From positions 1 to 28,734 of the forward strand of contig CAXXHG010000006.1 of the NCBI GenBank assembly GCA_963666315.2: a stretch of 28,734 nt of DNA. The letters are read 5' to 3'. Positions within the stretch are counted from its first letter, which is position 1; every line of letters begins with the position of its first letter. Source of the stretch: Candidatus Binatia bacterium. Its GTDB lineage: Bacteria > Desulfobacterota > Binatia > Bin18. The translations under genes were made by a program, and so were the position numbers. This document shows positions 1 through 8,681 of the stretch, piece by piece. Below the pieces are notes generated by a model. It was given only the letters and a program-made list of their open reading frames with translations, ran no database searches and was not told where the DNA came from.

Positions 1-614
1 CACCCGCCCCTGAGCCCCCCTTAAAAATTACTCCCTCCTTACGATACCAATCCAGGATGGAGTCCATAGTGTCGTCGACCGAAAGAATAAAACAGGCTGA
101 ACATTGAGGGTGGGGCTCTACGCCGACGTTGAACCAGACCGGACTATTGAAGGCCAATTTTTGCTGAACGAGCAAGTGGGTTAATTCGTCTGAAAAGGTT
201 TTCGCGTCTTCTGCACTTGCAAAATAGTTACCCTGTTTGCCCCAGGTAGTGATCGTATTGACCACGCGGCCGATCATTTGGCGGACGCTGGACTCGCGTT
301 GTGGGGTCCCGAGCGGACCACGAAAGTATTTCGAGACAACGACGTTTGTCGCGAGTTGAGACCAGGATTTCGGAATGTCTACATCCCGTTGCTCAAAGAC
401 GACCTCTCCATTTTCGCCCGATATCACGGCCCTCCGCTTTTCCATTCAACCGCCTCGAACGGGTCAACGTTCGGCTGGGTAAATAGCGCTGAATCGTAAT
501 GCCTTTGTTTTCCCGAGCTACTTGTCGTTTGGGTTGTTCTGCCACGGACGCTCCCTCTGCCTCGGCCGTAAGCGTTTCCTCCATCTGGTCTCCCCTCCGC
601 GCCTTCTCTGCCAT
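1..614 (-). CDS. nrdJ: Adenosylcobalamin-dependent (class II) ribonucleotide reductase, N-terminal part; truncated by window edge; two apparent 1-bp frameshifts (~482, ~442)
   Basis: Manual minus-strand translation across two shifts gives GITIQRY(F)TQPNVDPFEAVEW(E)KRRAVISGENGEVVFEQRDVDIPKSWSQLATNVVVSKYFRG...AFNSPVWFNVG...PQCSACFILSVDDTMDSILDWYRKEGVIFKGGSGAG, typical of NrdJ. ATG at 614 has a purine-rich SD (GAGAGGAGG) upstream. Confidence 0.93.
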
Positions 615-632
615 GGCCTCCTCCTCTCCCTC

Positions 633-648
633 TCCAAATATAATGAAT
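633..648. promoter_or_regulatory. Degenerate second NrdR box
   Basis: TCCAAATATAATGAAT lies 31 bp from the strong box, a spacing typical of tandem NrdR boxes; 8 of 10 core positions match. Confidence 0.5.
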
Positions 649-663
649 AGAAAACTGAATTAC

Positions 664-679
664 ATACTATATATTGTAT
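664..679. promoter_or_regulatory. NrdR box
   Basis: ATACTATATATTGTAT matches the NrdR consensus acaCwAtATaTwGtgt. It lies 50 bp upstream of nrdJ and abuts a minus-strand TTGACA (680-685). Confidence 0.85.
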
Positions 680-761
680 TGTCAAGTTCTTGAGACGCAA
701 GACTTGGTAGGTCACGAAATCTCTTCTGTTTTCGCGGGTTTTCCTCTATCCTGGTGCAGAG

Positions 762-1234
762 ATGGGCAGTCAAACAAAGAATTCGCACTGGAATTCCGTT
801 GCCGGGGTCTTACGGACAGTTTTTCCTGACAGTGGCGAGCCTGAAAAGCTGCGAGCGTATCGGGCGTGGGAAGTGTGGTCTGAGGTGGTTGGCCGGCCAA
901 TGCGAGAGGGGCGCAACCGACCAAGTTTCGGAGCGGAAAACTTTTTGTGACTGTCTTTCATCCCGCCCTTATGCAAGAGTTGCAGTTTGTGAAAGAGCGT
1001 ATCCGGCGTCGGTTGAATCAGCGCATTGGGGCAGAGGTGATTACCCACATCTATTTTGGGCGAGGGCCAGTACGACAGGAGGATGCCGTAACAATACCCC
1101 ATCCGCAACGAACACTGCCGCCGTTTCGTGATATCCCCATTCCGCCTATCGACAATCCTGAGATCAGAGCAGCGTTTGAGTCACTCCTGACCGCCCGCCG
1201 TCGCCGCTTGGAAAATCCGTCTTCAGAGGGATAA
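762..1234 (+). CDS. dciA: DciA/DUF721 family protein (helicase-loader related); frameshift at ~901
   Basis: ORFs 762..950 and 947..1234 join if one T is added at ~901, giving WEVWSEVVGRP(I)ARGAQPTKFRSGKLFVTVFHPALMQELQFVKERIRRRLNQRIG. This is the DUF721 pattern (W..vVG..ia....P.....g.L.V.v.......qeL......i...lN..lg). Confidence 0.8.
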
Positions 1235-1263
1235 GAGTAAAGAGGCCAGAGGCCGTCCTTGTG

Positions 1264-1446
1264 TCACACTGTCTCAGAAACAGTTTTCTTTTCGTTCCGT
1301 AATTCCTCGGTTGCCGTTGCCTCAATCGTCAAAGCCTCCGGGTCAATAACGACACCATAATCTCGCCCTGTACGCGCAAGCGAAATATAGGCATTCTGCA
1401 CATCATCGGGAACTTTAAAGGCGAGAGAGCGGCCTACGAGGGGGTC
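1264..1446 (-). pseudogene. C-terminal remnant of a hydantoinase B/oxoprolinase-family gene
   Basis: DPL...KVPDDVQNAYISLARTGRDYGVVIDPEALTIEATATEELR resembles the HyuB/oxoprolinase C-terminal tail (DPL.R....V..DV..gyvS...Ar.dYGVvi). No upstream gene body is present. Confidence 0.65.
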
Positions 1447-1753
1447 AAAAAAGCAGGCATAAAAAAACGCCGCGTGAATCGCGACGTGGTTCACCCAGTA
1501 TACTACACTTCAGCCTCCTAAGTCAAATGGAAATGGAAGTTGTTGATTTTACTCGTCTTATTATTCATCTTGTTGGTTGAAGGTTTGGAAGGGTGTTCAA
1601 ACGGGTTTGTTTTTCTTATGGGGGTTTTTACAAATATATAGTTGACTATAGTCTAAAACGGAGATTCCGGGTATTTTTTCTATCCATTTGCCTAAAATGG
1701 ACATTTCCGAGGTGATAAAAAATATTGCCCCCCTTCATTTCATTATACACCGC

Positions 1754-1975
1754 TAGTGTCTCACTTTGAAATTTCTTCTCCTCGCCGCTGATTGCCTGCC
1801 CATCTTTTTCGACGCCCTCGTCATTTTTCTTCACTTCCTACCAATTTTGGTAGGGACAAGGGCGGCAAATTATGCGTAGTATCCCCTCTTATAAGTGAGG
1901 CCAAAACACTGCGGCAGGCGGAGTCAAGGTCCGTCATACGAGAGCGAAATCCAAAGGATTCAAACTGAGACACTA
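1754..1975. mobile_element. 222-bp element bounded by 17-bp inverted repeats (MITE-like or invertible segment)
   Basis: TAGTGTCTCACTTTGAA (1754-1770) and TTCAAACTGAGACACTA (1959-1975) are reverse complements at 16 of 17 positions. Both outer ends are TA, and there is no convincing ORF inside. Confidence 0.6.
1837..1854. promoter_or_regulatory. Palindromic putative regulator-binding site
   Basis: CCTACCAA-TT-TTGGTAGG is a perfect 8-2-8 inverted repeat in the middle of the IR-bounded element, upstream of a possible -10 TAGTAT (1877-1882). Confidence 0.45.
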
Positions 1976-2013
1976 CCAAACTTTGTGAAGCAGATTCCGA
2001 AAAAGGTACCATC

Positions 2014-3813
2014 ATGATTGACAGTTGCCAGTCGATAACTCACGCCTGCAAACCAACAACTCGTGCCCAGCGCACACAGAGGTTGACCTTCCTGTGGAGC
2101 GTGGTGGTCCTCCTTGCCGCCACTTGCACCTCTGGCGGGCAGGCGTACGCCCAGACCCCTCCTCCTCCTCTGACCGTCACGTCCGCCGGCGGGTTAGACT
2201 TATACTTCAGCATTTCGAGAGACATTTGCTCGTCCTCCCCCCTGAATCCAAGACATACATGCTGACAAACAACAGCCGCACGGGTCTGCACTTCACATTC
2301 GATCCCTCAGGGAACCTCGCTGACAGCCCCGCCTTTCTGGACGCGGATCCACCGGAGGGCAGGCTTGAAGCCAATGAGACGGTGACGGTGACCGTTACCC
2401 TCAGTAACAGCGGCAAGTGGGCATCGGAGGGACCAACACGAGAGGAGGCCCTGGTTTGACTACGTCTCGAGCACCTTCGGCTACGGCGTGGTGGAGTTTG
2501 CCTTCGCGCTGACGATGACCGATATGGGGACCGGGTGTCGTCCGTCCGTGCCCACCAATGTGAAAGTGACGGCACTCAACATGCCGGAATGTGAGGGGTG
2601 GAGAAGCCTCAGGGTTGAGTGGGATGCGCCGTCGAATCCAGGCAGTTCGCCCATCACTGCCTACTACGTGATCGACGGGGGCTTCTCCTGGTCTGGGGCA
2701 GACACCCTTACCGGCACGACTATCAGATGCCTGCTCCCGGATACAGAGTACTTCGTGGGGGTGCGGGCGAGAAACGACCATGGGTACAGCCCGTGGTCAG
2801 AACCAGTCAGCCAGTGGACGCGGATGCCACCCTCGCCGCCCCAAAATCCCGGTGGCGGCGGGAGCGGTAGCAGCGGGAGTAGCGGTGGCAGGAGCGGGAG
2901 TAGCAGCGGCGGGAGCGGCGACGGGTCGTTGGAGGATCTCTCGGGGTATCTGGAGAACCCTGGGGCCGACTCGTTCCAGAGTGGCATTGGCGTGATCTCC
3001 GGCTGGGTATGCGAAGCTGAGACGGTCGAGATCGAGATTGAGACGGAGCAGGGGGAGGTTCAGCGGCAGCCGGCGGCGTATGGCACCGAGCGGGTGGACA
3101 CGGAAGATGACTGTGGGGATACGGACAACGGGTTTGGGTTGTTATTCAACTGGAACCTGTTGGGTGACGGGGAGTATGAGGTGGTAGCGCTGGTCGATGG
3201 CATCGAATTGGACCGGGCCACGGTGACGGTGACGACGCTGGGCAAGGAGTTTCTGCGGGAGGGGACGGGGACGTGTACGGTGGAAGATTTCCCGACCAGG
3301 GACAAGACGGTGACGTTAGCGTGGCAGCAGACACAGCAGAACTTCGTGATTGCAGACGGTCCCGCCCCGAGCGGAGAGTACCGGGCGGGCACCCCCGGCG
3401 TGGGGTATCTGGAGAATCCGGGACCCAACTCGTTTCAGAGTGGGATTGGGGTGATTTCGGGCTGGGTGTGTGAGGGGGCCGAGGTCATCATTGAGCTGAA
3501 CGGCGAGCCCCAGCCGGCGACGTATGGCACCGAGCGGTTGGACACAGAGGAAGCCTGTGGGGACACAGACAACGGGTTTGGGTTGTTGTTCAACTGGAAC
3601 TTGTTGGGTGACGGGGAACATACGGTCGTGGCGTGGGTAGATGGGGTTGAGTTAGGCCGAGCCGCGGTGCGGGTAACGACGCTGGACGAGGAGTTTGTGA
3701 AGGATGTGACGGGCGAGTGTGTGGTGGAGAACTTTCCGATGGCGGGTGAGACGGTGACGCTGGGGTGGCAAGAGAATAGTCAGAATTTTGTCATTACGAA
3801 CGCCGAGAGATAG
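2014..3813 (+). CDS. Secreted/surface protein: signal peptide, Ig-like domain, fibronectin type III domain, Gly/Ser linker, two tandem ~140-aa C-terminal domains; two compensating frameshifts (~2240, ~2440)
   Basis: Signal-like LTFLWSVVVLLAATCTSGGQAYA|Q (ORF 2014), beta-rich SKTYMLTNNS...PPEGRLEANETVTVTVTL (ORF 2025), and FN3 PSVPTNVKV...SLRVEWDAP...PITAYYV...LLPDTEYFVGVRARNDHGYSPWS (ORF 2488), followed by a duplicated GYLENPG...SGIGVISGWVCE...NGFGLLFNWNLLGDGE domain. Confidence 0.75.
2851..2925 (+). repeat. Low-complexity Gly/Ser linker repeat
   Basis: Repeated AGCGGGAGTAGC/GGCGGGAGCGG units encode GGGGSGSSGSSGGRSGSSSGGSGDG. Confidence 0.8.
2944..3795 (+). repeat. Tandem intragenic domain duplication (copy 1 ~2944-3351, copy 2 ~3403-3795)
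   Basis: Near-identical blocks at DNA level, e.g. GACAACGGGTTTGGGTTGTT[A/G]TTCAACTGGAAC[C/T]TGTTGGGTGACGGGGA in both copies. Confidence 0.9.
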
Positions 3814-3874
3814 GTTTAGAGGTGAGGCTATCGGGGCTTGAGCCTTTGCCTAAAGATGCCGGGGGGTCGGGGGC

Positions 3875-3901
3875 CTGGATTCCTGCTTTCGCAGGAATGA
3901 C
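3875..3901. repeat. REP-like palindrome, probable bidirectional terminator between convergent genes
   Basis: ATTCCTGC-TTTC-GCAGGAAT perfect hairpin. The reverse complement GTCATTCCTGCGAAAGCAGGAATCCAG has the form of widespread extragenic palindromes. Confidence 0.7.
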
Positions 3902-3929
3902 GGGCGGCTACACAGCATCGTGATTTGCT

Positions 3930-4546
3930 CTAGTCGAACGGGAAAAGATCATCCTGGTCGTTCTGATCATTTTCCTCGCCGCCTTCAACTGGTGGTGATG
4001 CAGCTTCCTTCTGAAGCAGTAATTCGGCTTGCGTCTCGCTGCCAGGCATATCAAACCCAAACCCCTCGACACTCAAGAGCTGAAATGTTCGCTTGCGCGG
4101 AGTTAAGAAGCCCACAATGGTTAGCGGAGTTCCGGGGAGAGACTGGGCTACTTCAGACAGCAGGTCTTCGGGGCCGACGATATCGAAATTGAGTCGCCAT
4201 TTTTTCACAATCTTGAGCAACCGGCGGGGAGTCAGCCGGGGTAAGTCCACGGCTTCAATCGCGACGAGGACAAACGGATACTGCTCGCCATAGCGTGTAA
4301 TCCCCAAGGTGACGACATCGAGCTCAGGTCGTTGGCTGACTGCCGGCATATACCGGAGGAATCCTTCCAGTCTGACCTTTATGGGGAAGCGTGAGTTCTC
4401 GTCACCTGCGCCCGGCCTCCCCGTCCCCAGCCTCCAACTCCAGTACCAACCCCTATGGGATAGATAGAAGCCGGGAAAAGCACGCATAAGGTGACAACGA
4501 AAATAACGAGAAGGGACGATTTCAGGACGGCGGCATATGTTTTCAT
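3930..4546 (-). CDS. Hypothetical exported protein; probable frameshift at ~4420
   Basis: ATG 4546 with an upstream GAGG gives signal-like MKTYAAVLKSSLLVIFVVTLCVLFPASIYP. The frame then shifts in a G-rich run into the globular part of ORF 3930..4568 (FPIKVRLEGFL...PGTPLTIVGFL...FQLLSVE), which has an acidic tail. Confidence 0.6.
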
Positions 4547-4564
4547 CGTTGCTCTTCCTCAACC

Positions 4565-4663
4565 TCATACCGTCTTCAGGCTGCCTACCGCTTTGACTTT
4601 GATCCGCACCGCATTGCCCGGCAAATAGGCCAGGGGGACTTCTTCGAGGTCAAGTATTTCAAC
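4565..4663 (-). pseudogene. C-terminal remnant of a hydantoinase A/oxoprolinase-family gene
   Basis: Manual translation VEILDLEEVPLAYLPGNAVRIKVKAVGSLKTV* matches the C-terminus of hydantoinase/oxoprolinase proteins (vei.dveeiPlaYlPGna.rirvkavG.L). Nothing homologous lies upstream. Confidence 0.65.
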
Positions 4664-4799
4664 TCTATCGATAAGAAGACAGTCCGAGTGTCCATGGGTC
4701 CCGTTCTACGGTTGGGCGCTGTGTCTGTCAACCAAAACGCGCCTCACCGGTCCTTATTTTTGTTTGCCCTGACATCTGAAACCTGATAACTGGGGACGT

Positions 4800-5681
4800 A
4801 TGAAACCAGCACCCTTCAGGTATGCGTGTCCCCGCTCTGTTGATGAAGCCTTGGCTTTGCTTCAGGCGGGTGGTGATGAGACTAAAGTACTTGCCGGTGG
4901 GCAGAGTTTTGTTCCGTTGCTCAATCTACGCATCGCGTCGGTTGAGTCAGTCGTCGATCTGAACCGCCTGGATGATCTCGCCTATATCAAGCGAGACAAC
5001 GACACCCTGTGCATCGGCGCAATGACGCGGCATAGACAGATGGAAGTGTCCGATGAGATTCGGGCCGCCCAGCCGTTACTGTGTCGGGCCGCGGCTGAGG
5101 TCGGCCATTTGGCGATACGAAACCGGGGGACCATTGGGGGCAGCCTGGTCCATGCTGATCCTGCGGCGGAATGGCCCTTAGTTGCCGCGGCGTTGGATGC
5201 CCAGTTCGTGCTGCGCTCTCAGGACAACTCTCGTACGGTTTCTGCGCGTGAATTTTTTCTCGCTCCGCTCATGACCGCGATTGAGCCGAACGAAATTCTG
5301 TGTGAGGTCCGTTTCCCAGTCGCTCCTGTGGGGGCGGTCTGGGGCTTCCAGGAGTTGTGCCGACGACCGGGAGATTTCGCCATCGTAGCCATTGCGTGTC
5401 AGTTGACGCTGGACGACGGCGGAACGTGCTCGGCGGCGTCATTGGCGGTTGGGGGAGCACATTCCACACCACTCCACGTTGCCGAAGTGGAACCGATCCT
5501 CATCGGCAGTCAGGGCGATGCCGCGGTGATGACTGCCGCTGCGGAAAAAGCCGCCGCCGCGGTCGATCCGTCAGGGGACGTCCACGGTTCTGCCGACTAT
5601 CGACGCAGAATGGTCAAGGTGCTGACCCAACGCGCGTTGAAAGAAGCTTGGGCTCAAAAGAGTAAACGTGTCCTCCAATAG
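4800..5681 (+). CDS. Molybdenum hydroxylase FAD-binding medium subunit (CoxM/CutM-like)
   Basis: MKPAPFRY start, AGGQS, IRNRGTIGGSLVHADPAAE, GDFAI and GSADYRR motifs. Confidence 0.93.
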   Translation: MKPAPFRYACPRSVDEALALLQAGGDETKVLAGGQSFVPLLNLRIASVESVVDLNRLDDLAYIKRDNDTLCIGAMTRHRQMEVSDEIRAAQPLLCRAAAEVGHLAIRNRGTIGGSLVHADPAAEWPLVAAALDAQFVLRSQDNSRTVSAREFFLAPLMTAIEPNEILCEVRFPVAPVGAVWGFQELCRRPGDFAIVAIACQLTLDDGGTCSAASLAVGGAHSTPLHVAEVEPILIGSQGDAAVMTAAAEKAAAAVDPSGDVHGSADYRRRMVKVLTQRALKEAWAQKSKRVLQ

Positions 5682-5735
5682 ACATGCAGATGCTGACACG
5701 TTTACTCTTCGGCCGCATAAACAGGGAGAAGGAAT

Positions 5736-6227
5736 ATGGCAGAAGCACAATTCGCCGAGAGTCAAACCATCCGCGTCCGCGTCAATGGCCGCGAGTACGA
5801 GCATGAAGTTCCGGTGCGCCGCCTCTTGGCCGACTTCATCCGGCACGATCTGGGTCTGACCGCGACCCATCTCGGCTGCGAACACGGCGTGTGCGGTGCG
5901 TGTACCATTATTATGGACGGCGAAAGCGTACGGTCCTGCTTGTTATTTGCCGTTCAGGCCGATGGGGCGGAACTCCAAACGCTTGAGGGGCTCGCCAATG
6001 GGGATGAAATGCATCCGCTGCAACAGGCCTTTTGGGACAACCATGCGCTCCAATGCGGTTTCTGTACGTCCGGGTTTCTGATGAGTGCGGTCGATTTACT
6101 CCACAAGAATCCGCATCCGAGCGAGGAAGAAATCCGGTACGGACTGTCGGGTAATCTCTGCCGTTGTACCGGCTATGCAAACATCGTCAAAGCCGTTCAG
6201 GCCGTCGCGGAACAGTCTCAATCCTAG
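5736..6227 (+). CDS. Molybdenum hydroxylase (2Fe-2S) small subunit (CoxS/CutS-like)
   Basis: GCEHGVCGACT, RSC, QCGFCT and GNLCRCTGY motifs; SD GGAGAAGGA upstream. Confidence 0.95.
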   Translation: MAEAQFAESQTIRVRVNGREYEHEVPVRRLLADFIRHDLGLTATHLGCEHGVCGACTIIMDGESVRSCLLFAVQADGAELQTLEGLANGDEMHPLQQAFWDNHALQCGFCTSGFLMSAVDLLHKNPHPSEEEIRYGLSGNLCRCTGYANIVKAVQAVAEQSQS

Positions 6228-6243
6228 GACACAGGAATACCCT

Positions 6244-8623
6244 ATGGCATCGTCCCAAGGTGGAACCGGCAAGATGGTCGGCGCGCAGGTACGCCGGGTC
6301 GAAGACCCCCGCTTCTTGTTGGGCACCTCGCAGTACGTGGATGATCTCGACCTCCCCAACTCGGTCGCGCTGGCCTTTGTCCGTAGCCCGTATGCGCACG
6401 CGCGGATTCTGTCTATTGACGTGAACACGGCGCAGGATCGGTCCGATGTGCAACTCGTTGTAACGGGGGCAGACATTGCGGAAGCAATTAAGCCGCTCCG
6501 AGTAGTATACGATCCAAACAAAGCGCCTACGCATAAGTCCTGCGATTGGCCCGTCCTGGCCCAAGGACAAAGTGCGTTTTGTTGGCGAGGCGGTGGCCGT
6601 TGTGGTCGCCACCGATCGCTATGCGGCAGAAGACGCCGCCAGTGTGATCGATGTGGAGTACGAGCCGCTTGATCCCGTGTGTGATGTCGAACAGGCACTC
6701 GCCGCAGACGCCCCCCTCGTGCATGAGGAGTGGGGCGATAACGTCATGCAAACCCTCCGGGTCGAGATTGGTGAAGTGGCGAAAGCTTTCCACGTTGCCG
6801 ATTGCGTTGTTTCAGAACGTCTGACAACCGGCCGGCATATGGCGCTGCCCATGGAGACGCGAGGGTGTGTGGCGTCTTTTGAGCGAGGGACAGACACCCT
6901 CACCGTGTGGTCGTCCACGCAGGTGCCGCATATGCTCCGCTCGCATCTTGCCCTGGTGCTGGATTTCCCTGAACATCATATTCGTGTCATTGCCCCGGAC
7001 GTTGGCGGCGGGTTTGGACAAAAGGGCCATCTCTTTCCCGAGGAGGCCGTCGCTGCCTATCTGGCCCGTCGTCTTGGCCGATCGGTCAAATGGATCGAGG
7101 ATCGACGCGAAAATCTGTCAGCCTCCCTTCACGCCAAACAGCAAACCGTGCAGGCAGAACTTGCCTTACACCAAGACGGAACCATCCTGGGAATCAGAGG
7201 GCGGTTTGTTAGCGACGTGGGCGCGTATTCCGAATACCCGTGGGGGTCGGCGTTTGAAGCCGGCCACGCCGCCTCAAGCATGCCCGGACCGTATAAGACC
7301 CCGGCCTTCGGCTTCGAGGCCGTGTCGGTTGCCACCAACAAAACCACGATTGGAGTGTATCGTGGGGTGGGCCTGCCTATTGGAGTGCTGACTATGGAGC
7401 GACTCCTGGACCTGGCCGCCCACAAACTGGGACTCGACCCGGCAGAGATTCGTCTCCGCAATATGATCCGCAAAGAGGAACATCCGTATACCACCATTAT
7501 CGGCGCGGAAGTCGAGAGCGGAAGTCATCGCGAATCACTCCAAAAAGCGCTGGACATGCTGGGCTATCAGGCGTGCAGAGCCGAGCAGCAGCAGGCCCGA
7601 GCGCAGGGCCGTTACCTTGGTATCGGTATTGGCTGCTATGTGGAAGGTACGGCGCCGAGCTCGGCGGCTTTTGCCTCGATGGGTCTTGATCTCGGTGGAT
7701 ATGAATCAGCAACGGTGCGTATGGACGTGGCTGGCACGGTGACTGTTCTGGTCGGGACGCACTCCCACGGTCAGAGTCACGAAACAACCCTGGCCCAGGT
7801 TGCGGCCGACGAACTTGGCCTGCCGCTCGCCGATATCAGAATCATCGAGGGTGACACGAACGCCGTTCCCTACGGCATGGGCACCTGGGGCAGTCGGAGT
7901 GCCGTCACCGGCGGGGGGGCGATCTCCAAGGCGTCCGAAAAGCTGCGCAGCAAGATGTTGCGTATCGCCTCGCGTATGACCGAGGTGCCGGACGAGGACC
8001 TTGAGTTGGCTGCAGGGATGATCCGACGGAAAGCGGATGCCACCCCGCTGCTGCCTATCAAAGAGCTGGCCTATCGGGTGCTGGTGCAGGCCGGCAGTCT
8101 CCCGCCGGATGAAGAGCCCGGTCTGGATGCCACGGCCCACTATGAACCCCCGCCGTCCACCCATGCCAACGCGACCCATATCGCTCTGGTCGAAGTGGAC
8201 CGTGACACCGGCAAGGTGGCTATACTGCGCTATATCGTGGTTGAAGACTGTGGCACGATTATTAACCCCACGGTGGTAGATGGTCAGATTCAAGGTGGCG
8301 TTGCTCAGGGAATCGGCACAGCGCTGTATGAACACGCCATCTACGATGAGAACGGCCAATTCCTGACGGGTACGTTGATGGATTATATTATTCCAACCGC
8401 AGTTGATGTGCCGCAAGTGGAAATCGGTCACATTGAAAGCCCATCTCCGTATACACCGCATGGCATCAAAGGCATGGGTGAGGGGGGCGCGATTGCCCCG
8501 CCGGCGGCGATTGCCAACGCGGTTGCCGACGCCCTGGCTCCGTTCGATGTGCGGGTCAATGCCATTCCACTCACTCCGGAACGGGTCCTGGGCTGGATTG
8601 AGCAGTACTCAGCCGCAGCCTGA
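6244..8623 (+). CDS. Molybdenum hydroxylase large (Mo-pterin) subunit, copy 1 (xanthine dehydrogenase family); frameshift at ~6560
   Basis: VGAQVRRVEDPRFL, RSPYAHARI, DVGGGFGQKG, WIEDRREN, VYRGVG, GQIQGGVAQGIG, KGMGEGG. Removing one C from GGCCC (~6560) joins ORFs 6085 and 6572 (LAKDKVRFVGE, matching paralog LTPDKVRFVGD). Confidence 0.92.
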
Positions 8624-8681
8624 TTGGGCTTCCAGCCCGCAAAAGAAGGCTGCTCTTAACCCTGACCTTGGAGGGTCGTGC

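Noticed and set aside
614-760. Cobalamin riboswitch upstream of nrdJ
   Set aside because: The region is short and AT-rich with no B12-box; NrdR boxes explain it.
1646-2015. Minus-strand ORFs 1646..1834 and 1821..2015
   Set aside because: Short, no motifs, and they cross the IR-bounded element; probably non-coding.
2851-3795. CRISPR array or DGR template/variable repeat pair
   Set aside because: The repeats are in-frame coding duplications with mostly third-position differences, no spacers, no adenine-specific pattern and no reverse transcriptase or cas gene.
8403-8681. N-terminal extension of ORF 8403..11063
   Set aside because: It overlaps the previous gene out of frame; paralog alignment and SD place the start at 8682.
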